A stretch of DNA of 64,000 bases from Eukaryota sp. TZLM1-RC (Eukaryota; Protista; Metamonada: BaSk clade). Below are positions 60,920-64,000 of the stretch, piece by piece. Numbering within the stretch: position 1 is the first letter of the stretch; each line of letters begins with the position of its first letter. The notes under the pieces are model-generated. The model was given only the letters and a program-made list of their open reading frames with translations. It was not told the origin of the DNA and ran no database searches. Made by a program: the position numbers and the translations under genes. The stretch is taken from assembly GCA_040285825.1 (NCBI GenBank), contig JAUPSS010000001.1, forward strand, positions 1,488,001 through 1,552,000. The letters are read 5' to 3'.

Positions 60920-63530
60920 AAATTTCAACAAAAATTGTTAAAGATTTTTGAAAGCTTGGAGTTTGATGTTAGACTTGGCTTGGCCAGGAAAAAGTATCCC
61001 GTTTTTGCAAATCTTTTACATGATATGTGTGATAGTACTTCTTTTGCCTTAGTAACAACAATTCCTCAAGTTTATGGTACTCTCTTAACTGATTCTGCTT
61101 GGACTTTGAATATGAGATTTCGTTCCTTTATCTGGCCTGATAATTTACCTGATAATTTAATTTGTAAGAGTTCTCGAAAAAATTACAATTACTCATTTGT
61201 TAAATTGTAAACATTGTATTACTTTTAGAAGCAAGGTTCACGATGCTGTAAAAAACCAATTATATTGTATCTGTAAGTCTTATAGAAATGAATCCTTCTC
61301 GGAACCTCTGTTGTCAAATCTGTTTGATACTGAAGATGATTTTCATAAGAATAATAGAGGTGATGTCATATTACCTGGAGTAGATGGAACCTTCGTTTTA
61401 TTGGATGTACTGTCTGTTGATCCTTGTAATGCCTCAAATGAAAGGCTTGTTAATTCTGAAATTCATAATCCTCTTTCAAATGCTGCAAATTTCAAAATCA
61501 AAAAATACAATGAACCTTTGTTTGTAATTGCTCCTATTACAATTCTGAAACAAATAGCAACTTTTATTCAACAGCGTTATGAAGATATTGGTCTCTCATT
61601 GAATATCTCCAAATGTTTGATTATTGGCCGTGAACCAATTGATTTTTCATTAATGATGTCAATGTCCCCTTTATCAATTATGATCAGTCTGGTTTTCGTT
61701 TTTTGGGTTGTTATCTCGGAAATATTGATGAAGTCAAAAGCCAACTTTCGACTCTGTTGACTCAATTTGGAAATGAATTAGAATCAATAGAAAATTTAAA
61801 TATTGAGAAACATTTGAAATTCTGTTTCCTCAAAATCTGTTATTCTGGAAAATTTACTCATATTTTGAGATCAACACCACCATCAATTTCCTTGGAGTTC
61901 TGTCGCATTTTTAATGAACAAAGAACTAATTTTTTAGCAAAATTATTGGAAATTGATGCATCTCAGTTACGAAGCCACATTTTTGTGGTACAAATTTTGG
62001 TGGTGTTGATTTTCATAAGTCAAGCTACCTTTGTAAAGCTGCCTTTATTGGAGGTGGAAAGAATTTTATTTATGAATTTGTGAATCGTTTTCCTGAAAAA
62101 ATTCATCTCATTGAAAATTGTGGCAGCTCCTATCTTATTTCTTTGCAACAGGAAATTGAAACTCTTTCACCCAATATTTGGGCTAAATGTTTCCCCTCTG
62201 ATATTGTGGAACTTCCTTCAAGAAGCTTGCTCTCCTTACCATTGACTTTTGCAAAATTGCAGAAAAAAATTTTGAAAGTTTTAGAAAACTTGGATTATAT
62301 TGTACGTCTTAGCTTGGCTAAGGAAAAAATTCCCGTTTTTGCAAATTTTTTGATTGATCTTGAAGACAGTTGCTCAAGTTGCTTAATCTCCCAAATTCCC
62401 AACATTTACGGCCTTCTACTTAATGATCACCAATGGACCACTGCAATGAGATTGAGATGTTTTCTATGGCCCTGTTCATTGCCAAATGATTTAATTTGTC
62501 GCTGCAAGAGTGTTGTTACGCTTTCCCATATTTTAAACTGTAAGTATTTCATAACTTACCGCTCACTTGTTCATGACTCAGTTCGTGATCAATTATATGC
62601 CATGTGCAAAAGTTTCAATATAGAGGCATTTATTGAGCCACTAGTACGTAAGCTGTCTTCAGATCAAACTGATGATTCCTTTGGTAAAAGAAGGGCAGAT
62701 TTAGTAGCTCCTGGGATCGATGGTGTTCTCAATGTTGTAGACGTTGTCTCAGTGGATGTTTGCAAAAATTCTGCTGCTCGTTTAGTGTATTCCGCTGACT
62801 CGCCGTTATCTAACGCCGAAAAAAAGAAGATAAAAAAATATGAAGAACCTTTGGCACAGTTAGGTAGAGTGGAACATGTGAAGTATCAGTTTGTGCCGTT
62901 TGCAATTTCTCTTTTTGGCAATATTGGACCTTCAGGCTTGCACTTTTTGGAAAATTTTAAAAAAGTGTTACTGAATAGGTCTGGTAAAACAATGAACTCC
63001 ACTTTCTGGTTAAATAGAATTGTTTTTTGCATTTTCAAGTCTATTCCAACAATGATTTCAAAGGCACTTTTAGCTATTGGTGTAGAATATGAACGTAATG
63101 CTGTGAGTAGGTTCAGTAATAGTGACGCTTGTTTGGAGGATATTGAATTCTAGATGGTTATTCTTATCTCAATAAATATTCCAGTTTTTTAAAAAAACCT
63201 TTGTCCAAATTGGCCAGTCAACAGCATGTAAAATACAATTTGTATCCATTTGTATTTTCTCTTGTTGGTTCACTTGCACCAAATGCTTTACGTTTTTTGG
63301 AAGATTTTGAAATGATTGTAAAGAGAAGAACTAACAGAAATTTCAACATTGTTTTCGCAAAGTAGAATTGTGTTTTCTATTTTTAAGGGGATGTTGAAGT
63401 TGGCTTCTTATGCCTTGCTTTCTGTTGGACTTCACTATAAGAGAGCTGAATCTAGTTGTTTTGTTTTGGGAAAGATGAATTATTTAGATGTTGATTTGAA
63501 AGTTTTCTAATAAATAAAGTTGTTAAAAAA
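60920..63530 (+). mobile_element. CRE-like family D relic interrupted by family E
   Basis: The D sequence KKYNEPL| resumes at 63205 (SKLASQQHVKYNLYPFVFS). Confidence 0.85.
61522..63195 (+). mobile_element. 5'-truncated CRE-like family E element (357-aa C-terminal ORF at 62080-63153)
   Basis: CRC...H..NC...HDSVRD, RAD, DVVSVD, AEKKK.KKY and FVPFAISLFG motifs; AATAAA plus A7; TSD AACCTTTGT (61513-61521 / 63196-63204). Confidence 0.9.
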
Positions 63531-63544
63531 TTAAACACCTTGAA

Positions 63545-64000
63545 AAGGCTTTGGAAGTTATCACTCAACCTCTGTTGCCTCCATCCCAAGAACTGAACAT
63601 TGGCTCTTTACAAAATATAGTTCTTTTAGATAGTGCTGAACAACAAGACAACAAACCAAAGAAAAGAGCTGTTTGTAAAAATTGTCTTGTTGTCGGACAT
63701 TATCAGAAGACATTTCCAAACCATGTCGAAATGTGTTCTTGTAGAATATATCCGTAAGGAGGAGAATTTTATACCACAAAACTTTTGGCACAAGTTTACA
63801 AGTTTTGTGTCACCAGATTATAAGCACTTATGAAAGACTTGCAATTCTGAATTTCTAGACAATATTAATAGTTACTATCGTTTACAACATTAGGGTTTTC
63901 TGATCATGTCTTGTTCTCTACTACTAATGCCGATGATTCTTCATGCCAGATTTTTTTCTCCACTGATCATTGATGCTTGGTATCACTGCTACCTCTCGCG
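63545..64000 (+). mobile_element. Possible 5' region of another CRE-like element
   Basis: Degenerate knuckle CKNCLVVGHYQKTF(P) after a basic stretch, similar in layout to the family-C 5' ORF. Confidence 0.45.

Larger units (their letters stand above)
57181..61304. repeat. Right arm of the spacer palindrome
   Basis: Reverse complement of the left arm; carries the empty site AACAATTGGGT at 60492-60502. Confidence 0.93.

Noticed and set aside
44685-61304. Palindrome as an assembly artefact
   Set aside because: The arms differ by SNPs, indels and a TSD-bounded insertion with a matching empty site.
60485-61521. TG|AAC target-site consensus for the REL elements
   Set aside because: It fits two insertions only; the two family-A sites do not match.
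1-64000. CRISPR array or prokaryotic defence operon
   Set aside because: No regularly spaced repeat-spacer array was seen, and the gene content is eukaryotic.

Overview
AT-rich, apparently intron-poor eukaryotic (protist-like) genomic DNA in the standard genetic code. Host genes: a divergent TOR kinase (3016-10341), a coiled-coil protein, a small MGC-acylation-motif protein, CBP20/NCBP2, a TXNDC17-like thioredoxin and a TM2-domain protein. These are separated by dense, nested transposon debris: at least five families (called A, C, D, E and F here) of CRE-like non-LTR retrotransposons with restriction-like endonuclease (REL), four insertions of which have recoverable 9-12 bp TSDs; two pol-less LTR elements; hAT and MULE transposase relics; and a 28S rRNA fragment inside a MULE. 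The most striking region is 44.7-61.3 kb. It is a spacer palindrome with arms of about 4.1 kb, each carrying a protein-identical 512-aa membrane/surface protein gene. At its centre is a 1019-aa protein with an MLKL-like N-terminal helical domain, an apparently active kinase, a B-box and a SPRY domain, followed by a frameshifted hydrophobic tail. This is a candidate immune or cell-death module. All domain calls were made by eye from motifs; no database searches were run.
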